From: an uncultured bacterium
Lineage (GTDB): Bacteria > Krumholzibacteriota > Krumholzibacteriia > LZORAL124-64-63
Assembly: GCA_963732385.1 (NCBI GenBank)
Contig: CAVSZB010000007.1
Location: forward strand, 1,248,001-1,312,000
Direction of reading: 5' to 3'
DNA length: 64,000 bases
The notes under the pieces were generated by a model that was not told where the DNA came from, did no database searches, and was given only the letters and a program-made list of their open reading frames with translations. This document shows, piece by piece, positions 43,530 to 52,975 of this stretch (the first letter of the stretch is position 1; each line of letters opens with the position of its first letter). Position numbers and translations under genes: made by a program.

Positions 43530-43664
43530 AACCACCTCCCGCTGGACTTCCCACGCCCCGAACTGGCACCGCAGCCGGGCCGAACCGGCGTAAAGGTACC
43601 ACAAGCCCGCCCTCCGGACCACGCAGAGGTGGCGCGCGGGCCGACCGCGCCGCATGATGGAGTC

Positions 43665-44237
43665 ATGCTCACCGGCGCCACTCTGGAAATCCTGGCCCTG
43701 GCGATCGGCCTCGGCTGCGACGCATTCGCGGTCGGCCTCTCGGTCGGCACCCGCTGGTGCAGACCGCGCCAGGTGTTCCGTCTTGCCTTCCACTTCGGGC
43801 TGTTCCAGTTCCTGATGCCGGTGATCGGCTGGCAGCTCGGCCGCACGCTGCTGGCGCGCGTGCTCCATACCGGACACTGGCTGGGTGCGGCGATCCTGGC
43901 GGTCGTCGGTCTGAAAATGCTGGTCGACGCCCTGCGGCAGGCCACGCGCGACGCAGAGGCGGCCGCCGCCGACCGCGCCGGCTTTGATCCCACGCGAGGC
44001 TGGTCGCTGATGGGGCTGTCGGTAGCCACGAGTCTTGACGCCCTGGCCGTCGGCGTCGGGATGGGTGTGGCGGGCGGGCGGCTGTTCCTGCCGGCGGCCA
44101 TCATCGGCGTGACGGCCGCCGTCATGACCTTCACCTCCATGCGGCTCGGCCGTTCACTCTCCCGACGGGTGGGACGACGGATCGAAATCGTCGGCGCCCT
44201 GCTGATCCTCGCCGCCGCGGCCAGCCTGCTGCGCTGA
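43665..44237 (+). CDS. mntP: Manganese efflux pump MntP family
   Basis: LGCDAFAVG, FGLFQFLMPVIGW, ATSLDALAVG, EIVGALLI. Confidence 0.88.
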   Translation: MLTGATLEILALAIGLGCDAFAVGLSVGTRWCRPRQVFRLAFHFGLFQFLMPVIGWQLGRTLLARVLHTGHWLGAAILAVVGLKMLVDALRQATRDAEAAAADRAGFDPTRGWSLMGLSVATSLDALAVGVGMGVAGGRLFLPAAIIGVTAAVMTFTSMRLGRSLSRRVGRRIEIVGALLILAAAASLLR

Positions 44238-44328
44238 GCGGGCGCGCCATCTGACGCAGGTCAGCGGGACAGCCGGGATCGCCGTCCAGGTCGATCCCGG
44301 CGCACGGCCGCTCAGGCCGGCGACAGGA

Positions 44329-46419
44329 TCAACCTGCCACCTTCGCCTTCTTCGAGTTCGCGTACAGGAACCAGCAGAGGCCCGAGAAGGCCAGGAGGCT
44401 GATCACCTGGGCGAGGGTTTCGTTCTTGTCGGCGAGCCCAAGGTCGATGTGGGGGGCAACGCCCGAGAGGGTGAGCAGGGCGCCGACGACCCCCATGATC
44501 GCACCGCCGGCGATGAAGCCGCTGGCGAGCAGGGTGCCGCGGCGGGAGCGCTCTTCCGAGAGCGCGGGATCCTGCGTGCTCCTGGCCACCCAGTGCGAGA
44601 TCAGGCCGCCGATGAACAACGGAGTATTGATCTGCAGCGGCAGGTACATGCCGATCGCGAAGGCCAGCGGCGGGATGCCCATCATCACCAGCAGGACGGC
44701 CAGGACCAGGCCGACGCCATAGAGCAGCCAGGTGACGGGGGCGTTGTCGAAGATGCCGGAAAGGATCGTGGCGAACAGGTTGGCCTGCGGGGCAGGCACG
44801 AGCTGGGTGTTCATGAAGCCCGACACGAACTGCCCGGTCACCGGGTCGCTGGTGCCATAGGCACGGTGGATCAGCAGCACGGTGCCGGCAACGCCGATCG
44901 CGGCGACGATCGTGCCGATCGCCTTCGAGATCTGCTGGTAGCGCGGTGTCGAGCCGAGCCAGAAGCCGACCTTGAGGTCGGTCACGAAGCCGCCGCTCAT
45001 CGAAAGGGCGGTGCAGACGACCCCGCCCATCACGATGGCGGCGTACTTGCCGAAGTCGCCGTGCAGGCCCACCGAGACGAGGGCCGTCGAACCGATGATC
45101 AGGGTCACGAGCGTCATGCCGGAGATGGGGTTGTTGCCGGTCATCGCCGTGGCGAGCGCCGCCACCGTCGTGAACAGGAAAGCGAAGACGAAGGCGATGA
45201 TCAGGCCGGTCAACGCGATCTGCGGCGCGTTGCCGGTACCGGCCGGATCCTGCCGCAGCAGGATGAAGAAGAAGAGACCGACCGCGACCACCGTCAGCGC
45301 GATGCCGCCGATGACGGTGCTCATCTTCAGGTCGCGATCGGTGCGGACGGACGCCTTCCCAATGTCGTGCCGGTTCACGAGCTGCTGGAACCCGAGCGAG
45401 AACGACTTGGCGATCGTCGGCATGCTGCGGATGATCCCGATGAGGCCCGCGCCCGCCATCGCCCCCACGCCGACCCGTTGGGCGTAGAGACGGAACACCT
45501 GGTTCGCGTCCATCTCCGGGATGAAATGCGGGAAGTTCGGCAGCGGCGACGGGGGCACGGCCAGCGCCGGAATGTTCTGCCCGAAGTGGAAGATCAGCGG
45601 CACCAGGATCAGCGCCGAGAAGAGTCCACCGGCGCAGATGATCGCCGAAAAGCGCAGCCCCGTGATGTAGCCGAGCCCGAGGATCAGGCTGACCGCGTCG
45701 AGGCTGATGGTCGCGCGGGCCGACACTGCCAGCTTCCGCACGACCGGGATGAACTGGAAATTGATGATCTCGTTCCAGGCGCGCATGGTGGTGGCCAGGA
45801 AGTCATACACGCCGCCCACCCCCGCCGCCATGACGAGGGTGCGGGCCTGGTCACCGCCCGCCTCTCCGGTGACGAACACCTCGTTGATGGCGGTCGCCTC
45901 GGGGAACGGCAGCTTGCCGTGCTGCTCGACCACGAAGTAGCGTCGCAGCGGAATCAGGAAGAGCAGGCCGAGCGACGCGCCAAGCACCGACACGACGAAC
46001 ATCGTCATCAGCATGGCCCCGGTCCCGGGCGCCACGTTCATGATATAGAGGGCCGGCAGCGTGAAGATCGACCCGGCCACCACAAGCCCCGAAGCCCCGC
46101 CGATACTCTGGATGATTACGTTTTCCAGGATCGAATTGCGGCGCCTGAAGAACCCCGAGAAGCCGATGGCGAGGATACTGATGGGGATCGCCGCCTCGAA
46201 CACCTGCGCGACCTTGAGGCCGGAATAGGTGGCGGCCACGGAGAAGAGCAGCGCCATGCCGATGCCCAGCAGGACGGCCCGCCAGGTGAATTCCGGCACC
46301 GGCTCGTGCGGGCGCACGAACGGCTCGTAGGTCTCTCCGGGCTGCAACTCCCGATACGCGGCCGGCGACAGTTTGCGAAGCGTTTCGCCCCCACCGGGGC
46401 CACCCTGGATAACACTCAT
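44329..46419 (-). CDS. Oligopeptide transporter, OPT family
   Basis: EFTWRA, YSGLKVAQVFEAAIP, LENVIIQSIG, LPFPEATA, NNPISGMT, DLKVGFWLGSTP, APQANL. Confidence 0.92.
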   Translation of the reverse strand: MSVIQGGPGGGETLRKLSPAAYRELQPGETYEPFVRPHEPVPEFTWRAVLLGIGMALLFSVAATYSGLKVAQVFEAAIPISILAIGFSGFFRRRNSILENVIIQSIGGASGLVVAGSIFTLPALYIMNVAPGTGAMLMTMFVVSVLGASLGLLFLIPLRRYFVVEQHGKLPFPEATAINEVFVTGEAGGDQARTLVMAAGVGGVYDFLATTMRAWNEIINFQFIPVVRKLAVSARATISLDAVSLILGLGYITGLRFSAIICAGGLFSALILVPLIFHFGQNIPALAVPPSPLPNFPHFIPEMDANQVFRLYAQRVGVGAMAGAGLIGIIRSMPTIAKSFSLGFQQLVNRHDIGKASVRTDRDLKMSTVIGGIALTVVAVGLFFFILLRQDPAGTGNAPQIALTGLIIAFVFAFLFTTVAALATAMTGNNPISGMTLVTLIIGSTALVSVGLHGDFGKYAAIVMGGVVCTALSMSGGFVTDLKVGFWLGSTPRYQQISKAIGTIVAAIGVAGTVLLIHRAYGTSDPVTGQFVSGFMNTQLVPAPQANLFATILSGIFDNAPVTWLLYGVGLVLAVLLVMMGIPPLAFAIGMYLPLQINTPLFIGGLISHWVARSTQDPALSEERSRRGTLLASGFIAGGAIMGVVGALLTLSGVAPHIDLGLADKNETLAQVISLLAFSGLCWFLYANSKKAKVAG

Positions 46420-46649
46420 GAAGCCGTGTCTCCTTTACGGAAGCGGAGGTGATAAGCCGGCGAATAGTACATCAGCACCTCCGGCGCCACAAGTCATTGT
46501 GCGCTTCCGGCTGACGCCCGACGACGGACCGAACGTCCGGTCCGACAACGGAATCGGCCTTCGGCGGGGCGAAATGCCGTGGCGTCGCCCGTCGCCGTGG
46601 CGTATCGTTGGCCCGCCGCGGCCGGTTCTTCGCAGTGAGGAATTCACAC

Positions 46650-47369
46650 ATGGACCTGAGTGTCGTCGTCCCCATGTACAACGAGGCCGGCAATGTGCCG
46701 CGCCTCCTGGACGAAGTGTGCGCCGCGCTCGACGGCGCCGGCCTGGCCTGGGAACTGATCTGCGTGGACGACGCCAGCGACGACGGCACGCGCGAGGTGC
46801 TGGCGGCCGCGCGCAGCGCCGAGCCGCGGCTGCGCGCCGTGCGGCACGCCCGCCGCGCCGGCCAGACGGCCGCCTTGGCCACCGGCTTCGCGCTCGCGCG
46901 GGGCGAGGCGATCGGCACGCTTGACGGAGACCTGCAGAACGACCCCGCCGACCTGCCGCGCCTGCTGGAGGAGTTGCGCCGGGGCGGCTGCGAAATGGTG
47001 ACCGGCCACCGCGTCCGGCGGCGCGACAATCCGGTGCGCCGCCTCTGTACGCTCATCGCCAATCGCTTCCGCAGCGCCGTGCTGCACGACGGCATCGTCG
47101 ACGTGGGCTGCTCCACGCGCGTGATGTACCGTGACTGCCTCGCGCGCATCAAGCTGTACGACGGGCTGCACCGGTTCCTGCCTGTGCTTTTCATGGCCGA
47201 GGGCTTCCGCGTGCGCCAGTCGCCGGTGAACCACCGCCCACGCGCCACCGGGCGCTCGAAATACGGCATCGGCAATCGTCTCGGGCGCAGCCTGCGCGAC
47301 CTGCTGGCGGTCCGCTGGATGCAGGAACGGGCGCTGCTCGTCCCGCACGGGGAGATCGAACCGCGGTGA
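46650..47369 (+). CDS. Glycosyltransferase family 2 (polyprenol-phosphate GT, DPM1/ArnC-like)
   Basis: SVVVPMYNE, VDDASDDGT, GQTAAL, LDGDLQNDPAD, LHRFLP, GRSKYG. Confidence 0.9.
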   Translation: MDLSVVVPMYNEAGNVPRLLDEVCAALDGAGLAWELICVDDASDDGTREVLAAARSAEPRLRAVRHARRAGQTAALATGFALARGEAIGTLDGDLQNDPADLPRLLEELRRGGCEMVTGHRVRRRDNPVRRLCTLIANRFRSAVLHDGIVDVGCSTRVMYRDCLARIKLYDGLHRFLPVLFMAEGFRVRQSPVNHRPRATGRSKYGIGNRLGRSLRDLLAVRWMQERALLVPHGEIEPR

Positions 47370-47713
47370 ACAGGCTCTGGCTCGCCATCGGCCTTGCCGG
47401 CCAGATCACTTTCGGCGCCAGGTTTCTCGTGCAGTGGATCGTCAGCGAGCGCCGCGGCAGGAGCGTCATCCCGCTCGCCTTCTGGTGGCTGAGTCTCGGG
47501 GGCGGCATCATCCTGCTGTCCTACGCCCTGTACCGCCGCGATCCGGTCTTCATCCTCGGGCAGGCGTTCGGGCTGATCGTGTACGTGCGCAACATCGTCC
47601 TGATCCGGGGCCGCCAGGCCCGCCTGCACAGCCTGCAACTGGCGCACGCCGACCACGCCGAAGTACTCGATCCCCACGCGCCGGCCGCCCGGCACGGCCG
47701 GGACGACGCCTGA
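47366..47713 (+). CDS. Lipid-A-disaccharide synthase N-terminal (LAB_N) domain protein
   Basis: GQITFGARFLVQWIVSER..SVIPLAFWWLSL..RRDPVFILGQ..VYVRN. Confidence 0.88.
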   Translation: MNRLWLAIGLAGQITFGARFLVQWIVSERRGRSVIPLAFWWLSLGGGIILLSYALYRRDPVFILGQAFGLIVYVRNIVLIRGRQARLHSLQLAHADHAEVLDPHAPAARHGRDDA

Positions 47714-47745
47714 CCTGCGGCGGTTGCCCCCCACCGGTTTCCCGC

Positions 47746-47875
47746 CCCTTGTGCCGCCGAAATTGTTTCCGACCCGAATCGCCGCCATCAGTCAGGCGAA
47801 AGTGGCCATTGCCGCAGGATGAAAAGACAAAAAAGCTCGATTCAGAGGGGAGAAACAATTTCGACGGCACAAGGG
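47746..47875. repeat. 130-bp element bounded by 24-bp inverted repeats (MITE-like element or long hairpin)
   Basis: CCCTTGTGCCGCCGAAATTGTTTC (47746-47769) versus GAAACAATTTCGACGGCACAAGGG (47852-47875), 23/24 complementary. Confidence 0.7.
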
Positions 47876-47971
47876 AGCGCTTGCACACCGCCCGCGGCGG
47901 TAGTTACTTGGTTGCACGGAGATGCCGTCCCAACCCGGTATCCGCCTTCCCGTTCCTCTGGAGGCTGATCG

Positions 47972-49231
47972 ATGCTTGAGCGCAGCAAGGAAACGCGTTT
48001 CCCCACCCTGGTAGAACGTTTTGTAAAGTACGCGAAAATCCACACGACCTCGCAGGAAGGTGCCGAGAGCTACCCCTCCACCGCCCGTCAGCTCGATCTG
48101 GCCCGCGAGCTCGTTCAGGAATTGCGCGATCTCGGGCTGAAGAACGCCGACCTGGACCAGCACGGTTACGTGACGGCCATCCTGCCGGCGAACTGCCCGG
48201 AAGGCCGGAAGGTCCCCGCCATCGCCTTCATCGCCCACATGGACACCTACCCCGAGGTGTCGGGCGAGAACGTCAAGCCGACGTTCCACGCGAACTACGC
48301 CGGCGGCGACATCAGGCTGCCGTCCGGCTATGTAATCAAGGCGGCCGACAACCCCTATCTCTCCGAGTGCGTCGGCGAGACGATCATCACCTCGGACGGC
48401 ACCACGCTGCTGGGCGCCGACGACAAGGCCGGCGTGGCCGAGATCATGGAGGCGTTCACCCGCCTGATCGAGAACCCCGATTTCAAGCACGGCCCGGTGA
48501 AGGTGGCCTTCACACCGGACGAGGAGGTCGGCGCCGGCGTGAAGCACTTCGATGTGGCGGCCTTCGGCGCCACCGTCGCCTACACGATGGACGGCGGTCC
48601 GCGCGGCGAGGTCGAGGACGAGACGTTCAGCGCCGACACCGCGATCGTGACTTTCGTCGGCCGCGACATCCACCCCGGCTACGCCAAGGGGAAGATGGTC
48701 CCGTCGATCAAGGTGGCCGCCGATTTCGTGGCCAGCCTCCCCCGCGACCTCGCCCCCGAAACGACGGCGGGCAAGCAGGGCTACGTCCACCCGATCAGCA
48801 TCGAGGGGAACGCTTCGGCCACGAAGGTCAGCCTGCTCGTGCGCGATTTCGACGCCGGGCAGCTCAAGCCGAAGGAGGAGCTCATCCTGAAGCTCGCGCA
48901 GAAAGCGGCGGCCGGGTGGCCCGGCGCCGAGATCAAGTTCGAGGTCAAGGAATACTACCGGAACATGAAGTACGACCTCCAGAAGGAGCCACGCGCCGTG
49001 GCCTACGCCATGGAGGGGATCCGGCGGGCCGGCATGGAACCGAAACTCGGATCGATCCGCGGCGGCACTGACGGCGCGGTCCTCTCCGCGAAGGGCCTGC
49101 CCACCCCGAACCTGTTCACCGGTGAACAGAGCTTTCACAGCTTCGGCGAGTGGATCTGCGAGAAGGACATGGAGCTGGCGACCCGGACCATCCTGCACAC
49201 GATCGCCGTCTGGCTGGAAAAGAGCGCCTGA
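47972..49231 (+). CDS. pepT: Peptidase T (M20B tripeptidase)
   Basis: FIAHMDT, TSDGTTLLGADDKAG, FTPDEEVG, HPGYAKGKM, IRGGTDGA, GLPTPNLFTG. Confidence 0.95.
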   Translation: MLERSKETRFPTLVERFVKYAKIHTTSQEGAESYPSTARQLDLARELVQELRDLGLKNADLDQHGYVTAILPANCPEGRKVPAIAFIAHMDTYPEVSGENVKPTFHANYAGGDIRLPSGYVIKAADNPYLSECVGETIITSDGTTLLGADDKAGVAEIMEAFTRLIENPDFKHGPVKVAFTPDEEVGAGVKHFDVAAFGATVAYTMDGGPRGEVEDETFSADTAIVTFVGRDIHPGYAKGKMVPSIKVAADFVASLPRDLAPETTAGKQGYVHPISIEGNASATKVSLLVRDFDAGQLKPKEELILKLAQKAAAGWPGAEIKFEVKEYYRNMKYDLQKEPRAVAYAMEGIRRAGMEPKLGSIRGGTDGAVLSAKGLPTPNLFTGEQSFHSFGEWICEKDMELATRTILHTIAVWLEKSA

Positions 49232-49263
49232 GCGCGCCGCGCCGGTCAGGCCGGATTCCGGGC

Positions 49264-49303
49264 ACGGGCCGTGGAGGTCGAAAAACTTCCACGGCCCGTT
49301 TCT
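49264..49303 (+). terminator. Probable terminator of pepT
   Basis: ACGGGCCGTGGAGGT / ACTTCCACGGCCCGT stem (one G:U pair) followed by TTCT. Confidence 0.55.
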
Positions 49304-49357
49304 GTGCCTGCCCCTGTCTCACGGTCTCAAATTCATCGCCCAGTGTGAAAAATAGGC

Positions 49358-49386
49358 TTGCAACCAGATTGCGCCAATCTTATACT
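49358..49386 (+). promoter_or_regulatory. Sigma70 promoter with a palindrome in the spacer
   Basis: TTGCAA-N17-TATACT; spacer holds AGATTG-CGC-CAATCT (49366-49380). Confidence 0.65.
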
Positions 49387-49465
49387 AAGAACCTAGGATT
49401 TTCGGCAGACAGAAACACCAGACCCAGGCGCGGCAGCGACGCCTCGCGTCGAAGGGACATGACGA

Positions 49466-50014
49466 ATGCGAAACTTCTTCAAAGGGACCCTGCTGATCCT
49501 CGCCATCTCGGTGCTGACCGCCGGAATTCTGACGGCTGGCGGACCGGAATGTGCCAAGGACAAGGCCGCGGCCACCGCCGCGGATATGGGCGGCTGCCCC
49601 GGCCACGCCGTGCAGGCGTCGACCGACGGGAAGGCCGGCTGTCCTGCTCACGCTTCTGTTGCCGACGGCAAGAGCTGCGATCCCGCGAAGTGCCCCCAGG
49701 CCGCGGCCATGAAGGCCGATGGCAAGGGTTGCGACCCGGCCGCCTGCGCCGCCATGGCCAAGAGCGGCAAGTGCGACCCCGCCGCCTGCGCGGCCACGGC
49801 CAAGAGCGGCAAGTGCGACCCCGCCGCCTGCGCCGCCACGGCCAAGAGCGGCAAGTGCGACCCCGCCGCCTGCGCGGCCAAGGCCACGGTGAAGACCGAA
49901 GGCAAGACTTGCGATCCGAAGAATTGCGATCCGTCCAAGTGCCCGATGCATGGCTCGGCGAAGGGCGCTGCTGCCCCCGAGGCCAAGTCGTCGGACGACA
50001 AAGGCACCTCCTGA
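49466..50014 (+). CDS. Exported Cys-rich CDPxxC-repeat protein (metallothionein-like, unknown family)
   Basis: Signal peptide; 16 Cys; 7 CDPxxC units; 3 CPxH motifs; own promoter and terminator. Confidence 0.75.
   Translation: MRNFFKGTLLILAISVLTAGILTAGGPECAKDKAAATAADMGGCPGHAVQASTDGKAGCPAHASVADGKSCDPAKCPQAAAMKADGKGCDPAACAAMAKSGKCDPAACAATAKSGKCDPAACAATAKSGKCDPAACAAKATVKTEGKTCDPKNCDPSKCPMHGSAKGAAAPEAKSSDDKGTS
49730..49879 (+). repeat. 42-bp tandem repeat, about 3.5 copies, encoding CDPAACAATAKSGK
   Basis: Units start at 49730, 49772, 49814 and 49856. Confidence 0.85.
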
Positions 50015-50065
50015 CGATCCCCGGCCAAGGAATGGGCGCTGAATCCTCGTCCCGGCGTCCTTCCG

Positions 50066-50100
50066 ATGACCCCCTCCCCTCGGGGAGGGGGTCATTTTTT
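50066..50100 (+). terminator. Rho-independent terminator
   Basis: ATGACCCCCTCCC-CTCG-GGGAGGGGGTCAT followed by a T-run. Confidence 0.85.
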
Positions 50101-50134
50101 GCGATATCGCGGGCACAGGCAGGAATTCGATCTG

Positions 50135-50173
50135 TTGACAGTGCGACATCTTTATAGTATCGTTATGATATCA
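50135..50173 (+). promoter_or_regulatory. Putative sigma70 promoter and TGATATCA palindrome of the SPFH-Arc operon
   Basis: TTGACA-N17-TATCGT; TGATATCA at 50166-50173. Confidence 0.5.
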
Positions 50174-50262
50174 ACACGGAATACATGCCCGCTCCCCCTG
50201 TCGGGGCCGGGACCACCGGCGCCGCGCTCACCGCGCCGCCAGAACCGAAGGAGGCAGAAGCG

Positions 50263-51129
50263 ATGCACGAGGAGAGGCTGCGCAAGATCGCGTCGGGGTG
50301 GCCCCATCTGTTCCTGAACATCCTGTTATTCGCGGCGGCCGTGGCATCTTACCTGTCGATCATCCGGACCAGCATGCCAATCAACGCCCTCTGGGGGACA
50401 CTGCTGCTGTTCGCGGCGCTCCTGCACTCCGCCGGCTTCTTCATCGTGAATCCGAACGAGGCAGCGGTCCTGCTGCTGTTCGGCGCCTACAAGGGGACCG
50501 TGAAGCACAACGGCTTCCGCTGGGCCAACCCCTTCTACCGGAAAATCAAGATCTCGCTGCGGATGCGGAACCTCGTCAGCGAGAAAATCAAGGTGAACGA
50601 TCTGATCGGCAATCCGATCGAGATCGCCGCGGTGATCGTCTGGCAGGTGCACAACACCACCGAGGCGCTCTTCGACGTGGATGACTACCACAACTACATC
50701 ACCACGCAGAGCGAGGCGGCGATCCGCCACCTGGCCAGCTCGTACCCGTACGACGGCTCCGAAACCGAACTGACGCTGCGCGGCGCGACCGACCAGATCA
50801 ACACGCACCTCCAGCGGGAACTCCAGGAGCGGCTCGGCCGGGCCGGCGTGACGGTGACCGAGGCGCGCCTGAGTCACCTCGCCTACGCCTCGGAAATCGC
50901 CGGCGCGATGCTGCAGCGGCAGCAGGCGACCGCGATCGTCGCCGCCCGGCAGAAGATCGTCGAGGGGGCGGTCGGCATGGTGGAGATGGCGCTGTCGGAG
51001 TTGAGCCGCAAGGCGATCGTCCAGCTCGACGACGAGCGCAAGGCCGCCATGGTGAGCAACCTGCTCGTCGTGCTGTGCAGCGAGCGGGCCGCGGCGCCGG
51101 TCGTGAACACCGGGACACTCTACTCTTAG
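50263..51129 (+). CDS. SPFH (band 7) domain protein
   Basis: [64 protein letters not shown]. Confidence 0.9.
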   Translation: MHEERLRKIASGWPHLFLNILLFAAAVASYLSIIRTSMPINALWGTLLLFAALLHSAGFFIVNPNEAAVLLLFGAYKGTVKHNGFRWANPFYRKIKISLRMRNLVSEKIKVNDLIGNPIEIAAVIVWQVHNTTEALFDVDDYHNYITTQSEAAIRHLASSYPYDGSETELTLRGATDQINTHLQRELQERLGRAGVTVTEARLSHLAYASEIAGAMLQRQQATAIVAARQKIVEGAVGMVEMALSELSRKAIVQLDDERKAAMVSNLLVVLCSERAAAPVVNTGTLYS

Positions 51130-51197
51130 CGGACCCGGACGCGCGGGCGGGTTGGCAACCCGCCCGCGCCAAGGGCCGCGGGCACGCGAGGGAGCGC

Positions 51198-51404
51198 ATG
51201 ACCGTGGAGAAGAAAGCGTTCCTGCTCCGCCTGCCGGCGGACCTCCATGACGACCTGCGCCGCTGGGCCGACGCGGAGTTGCGCTCCCTCAACGCTCAGA
51301 TCGAATTCGTGCTGCGCCGGGCGGCGAGGGAGAGGCGGCGCGATGCCGATACGCAGCGTGCCTCCGGGTCTGCCGCCCCAGCCGACGACCTGCCCGACAA
51401 CTGA
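51198..51404 (+). CDS. Arc-family ribbon-helix-helix DNA-binding protein
   Basis: KKAFLLRLP..WADAELRSLNAQIEFVL; follows the SPFH gene. Confidence 0.85.
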   Translation: MTVEKKAFLLRLPADLHDDLRRWADAELRSLNAQIEFVLRRAARERRRDADTQRASGSAAPADDLPDN

Positions 51405-51419
51405 CGGCACAGCGTCGCC

Positions 51420-52043
51420 TCACTTGTCCTCTTCATTCTCCCCGTCGCTCCATATCCGGAACCATTCGAGCGCGCCCAACTCCGGGATTCTCCCGCGCAT
51501 CTCCGTCACCGTTCCGCGCAGATCGTCGACCAGGGACACGATCGCTTCGCCGCGCTTCTCGAGGTCGGTCCCCTTCATCTCCATCCGGGCCGCCTCGGCC
51601 TCCATCTCGCGCTCGAGATCCTCTTCGTCGTAGTCGTCACGGCTCAGGCGGACCGCCCTGGCCAGCGCCCGGGCGGCGAGCGCCGCGCCGGCCACGCCCA
51701 GCTTCGCCCCTTCCGCGCCGAGCACGGCGGCCTCCTCCTCGATCCGCACGTAGCCGCCGTAGAAATCCTGCACGAGACGGCGCTCGTCGCGGTCCAGCGG
51801 CACCGTGTCGCCATTGATGGTCAGACCGCCGACAGGGGTGACCTCGGCACTGCCGCCGGAGCCGGCCGCGTCCGTCAGCACGAGAGTGTCGCCGTTCCAA
51901 TCGCTCTCCATGCCCTTGCCGTGGGAGAGGTGGCGGGCATGGTGCCGGTCCGCGGAGCCATCGTGGTGGTGGCCGGCCAGGACCGGCGCGACGGTCAGAG
52001 CCAGCACCGCCAGCGTGAGGGCAGATAGTTTTCTTACTCTCAT
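51420..52043 (-). CDS. Exported hypothetical protein (YggN/DUF2884-like)
   Basis: Signal peptide, His-rich N-terminus, AEVTPVGGLTING..L...ERRL, helical C-terminus ending IPEL. Confidence 0.6.
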   Translation of the reverse strand: MRVRKLSALTLAVLALTVAPVLAGHHHDGSADRHHARHLSHGKGMESDWNGDTLVLTDAAGSGGSAEVTPVGGLTINGDTVPLDRDERRLVQDFYGGYVRIEEEAAVLGAEGAKLGVAGAALAARALARAVRLSRDDYDEEDLEREMEAEAARMEMKGTDLEKRGEAIVSLVDDLRGTVTEMRGRIPELGALEWFRIWSDGENEEDK

Positions 52044-52132
52044 GTCGTCCTCCCGGGGGTCGGATTTCCGCATCGGGGTCACGCCTCTACGCGATCGGGC
52101 GACCCCGGGTTACGCGGACGCGGCGGCAGGCA

Positions 52133-52975
52133 TCAGTTCCCGATGGTCAGGCTGCCCCCCTCCCCCTTCGTTCCGGCCAGTTCGAACACGTTGCTGGCTT
52201 CGCTCCAGGTCGCCTCGAGGCGCTCGCGGTAGGGGGCGAAACCGGCCGCGATCGCCGGCGGCAGGCCTGCGGCCCACGGCAGGCAACGTCCGTCATCCTC
52301 GAGGCGGGCGATCTCGGCCACGAGCGTGTCGCGCCAGGCCGCCGGGCCGGCCGCCGGCGCCGCTTCGACCGCGCAGAGTTGATTGCGCAGCTGGGCCAGC
52401 AGCTGGCGGTGCAGGCGGGGACGGATGTCGCGCCCGCGATCGTGGTCTCTGTCGCTGTAATGGAGACTCTGCGGACCGGCGTCGGGCGACTTGCCGAGGC
52501 TGCCGTAGTAACCCAGCGCATAGATGTACGCGTACTCCCCCATCCCCATACCGACGGAGTTCAGCGCGGAATTCCGCCGTCCGTAGAACTCTCCCAGCAG
52601 CGGTGCGAACGACATGCCGCCGCGCGCGGCGCGCAGGACGTCGCCGAAGCGCCGGGGCTGTTGCTTGTCGCTGACCCGGCGGAAGACGTCGAACGTCTCG
52701 ACGAAGCGCGCGTGCGTCTCACGGAGCGAATCGCGCACGGCCAGGAACAATTCGATCCGCGCCGCCGGTACCGCGCCGTTGGCGGGCGGCGTCCAGTCTT
52801 CCGGCTCGCCGAACCGCGTTGCCAGCTCTGTTCCCTGGCTGGCGGCGGTATCGAAACGCCCCTTCAGCCCGCGCGCGAACCAGACCCCGCCGCCGATGAC
52901 CATGGCGATCAGGAGAATCACCACGCCACAGCCGATGCCGCAACCGAGCAACCACTTCTGCGCCGTGCTGCTCAC
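52133..52975 (-). CDS. Hypothetical membrane-anchored protein
   Basis: N-terminal [11 protein letters not shown] plus TM helix; start overlaps the regulator stop codon. Confidence 0.65.
   Translation of the reverse strand: MSSTAQKWLLGCGIGCGVVILLIAMVIGGGVWFARGLKGRFDTAASQGTELATRFGEPEDWTPPANGAVPAARIELFLAVRDSLRETHARFVETFDVFRRVSDKQQPRRFGDVLRAARGGMSFAPLLGEFYGRRNSALNSVGMGMGEYAYIYALGYYGSLGKSPDAGPQSLHYSDRDHDRGRDIRPRLHRQLLAQLRNQLCAVEAAPAAGPAAWRDTLVAEIARLEDDGRCLPWAAGLPPAIAAGFAPYRERLEATWSEASNVFELAGTKGEGGSLTIGN

Noticed and set aside
43530..43664. Possible yybP-ykoY Mn riboswitch or sigma54 promoter upstream of mntP
   Set aside because: No GGGGAGUA-type riboswitch core seen; TGGCAC at about 43564 lacks GC at the -12 position
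49730..49879. Tandem repeat considered as a CRISPR array
   Set aside because: Units are contiguous, in-frame coding repeats with no unique spacers and no cas genes nearby
50012..50060. Selenocysteine readthrough of the TGA ending the Cys-rich protein
   Set aside because: The TGA is not at a Cys position of the repeat, no SECIS-like hairpin is evident, and a strong terminator follows
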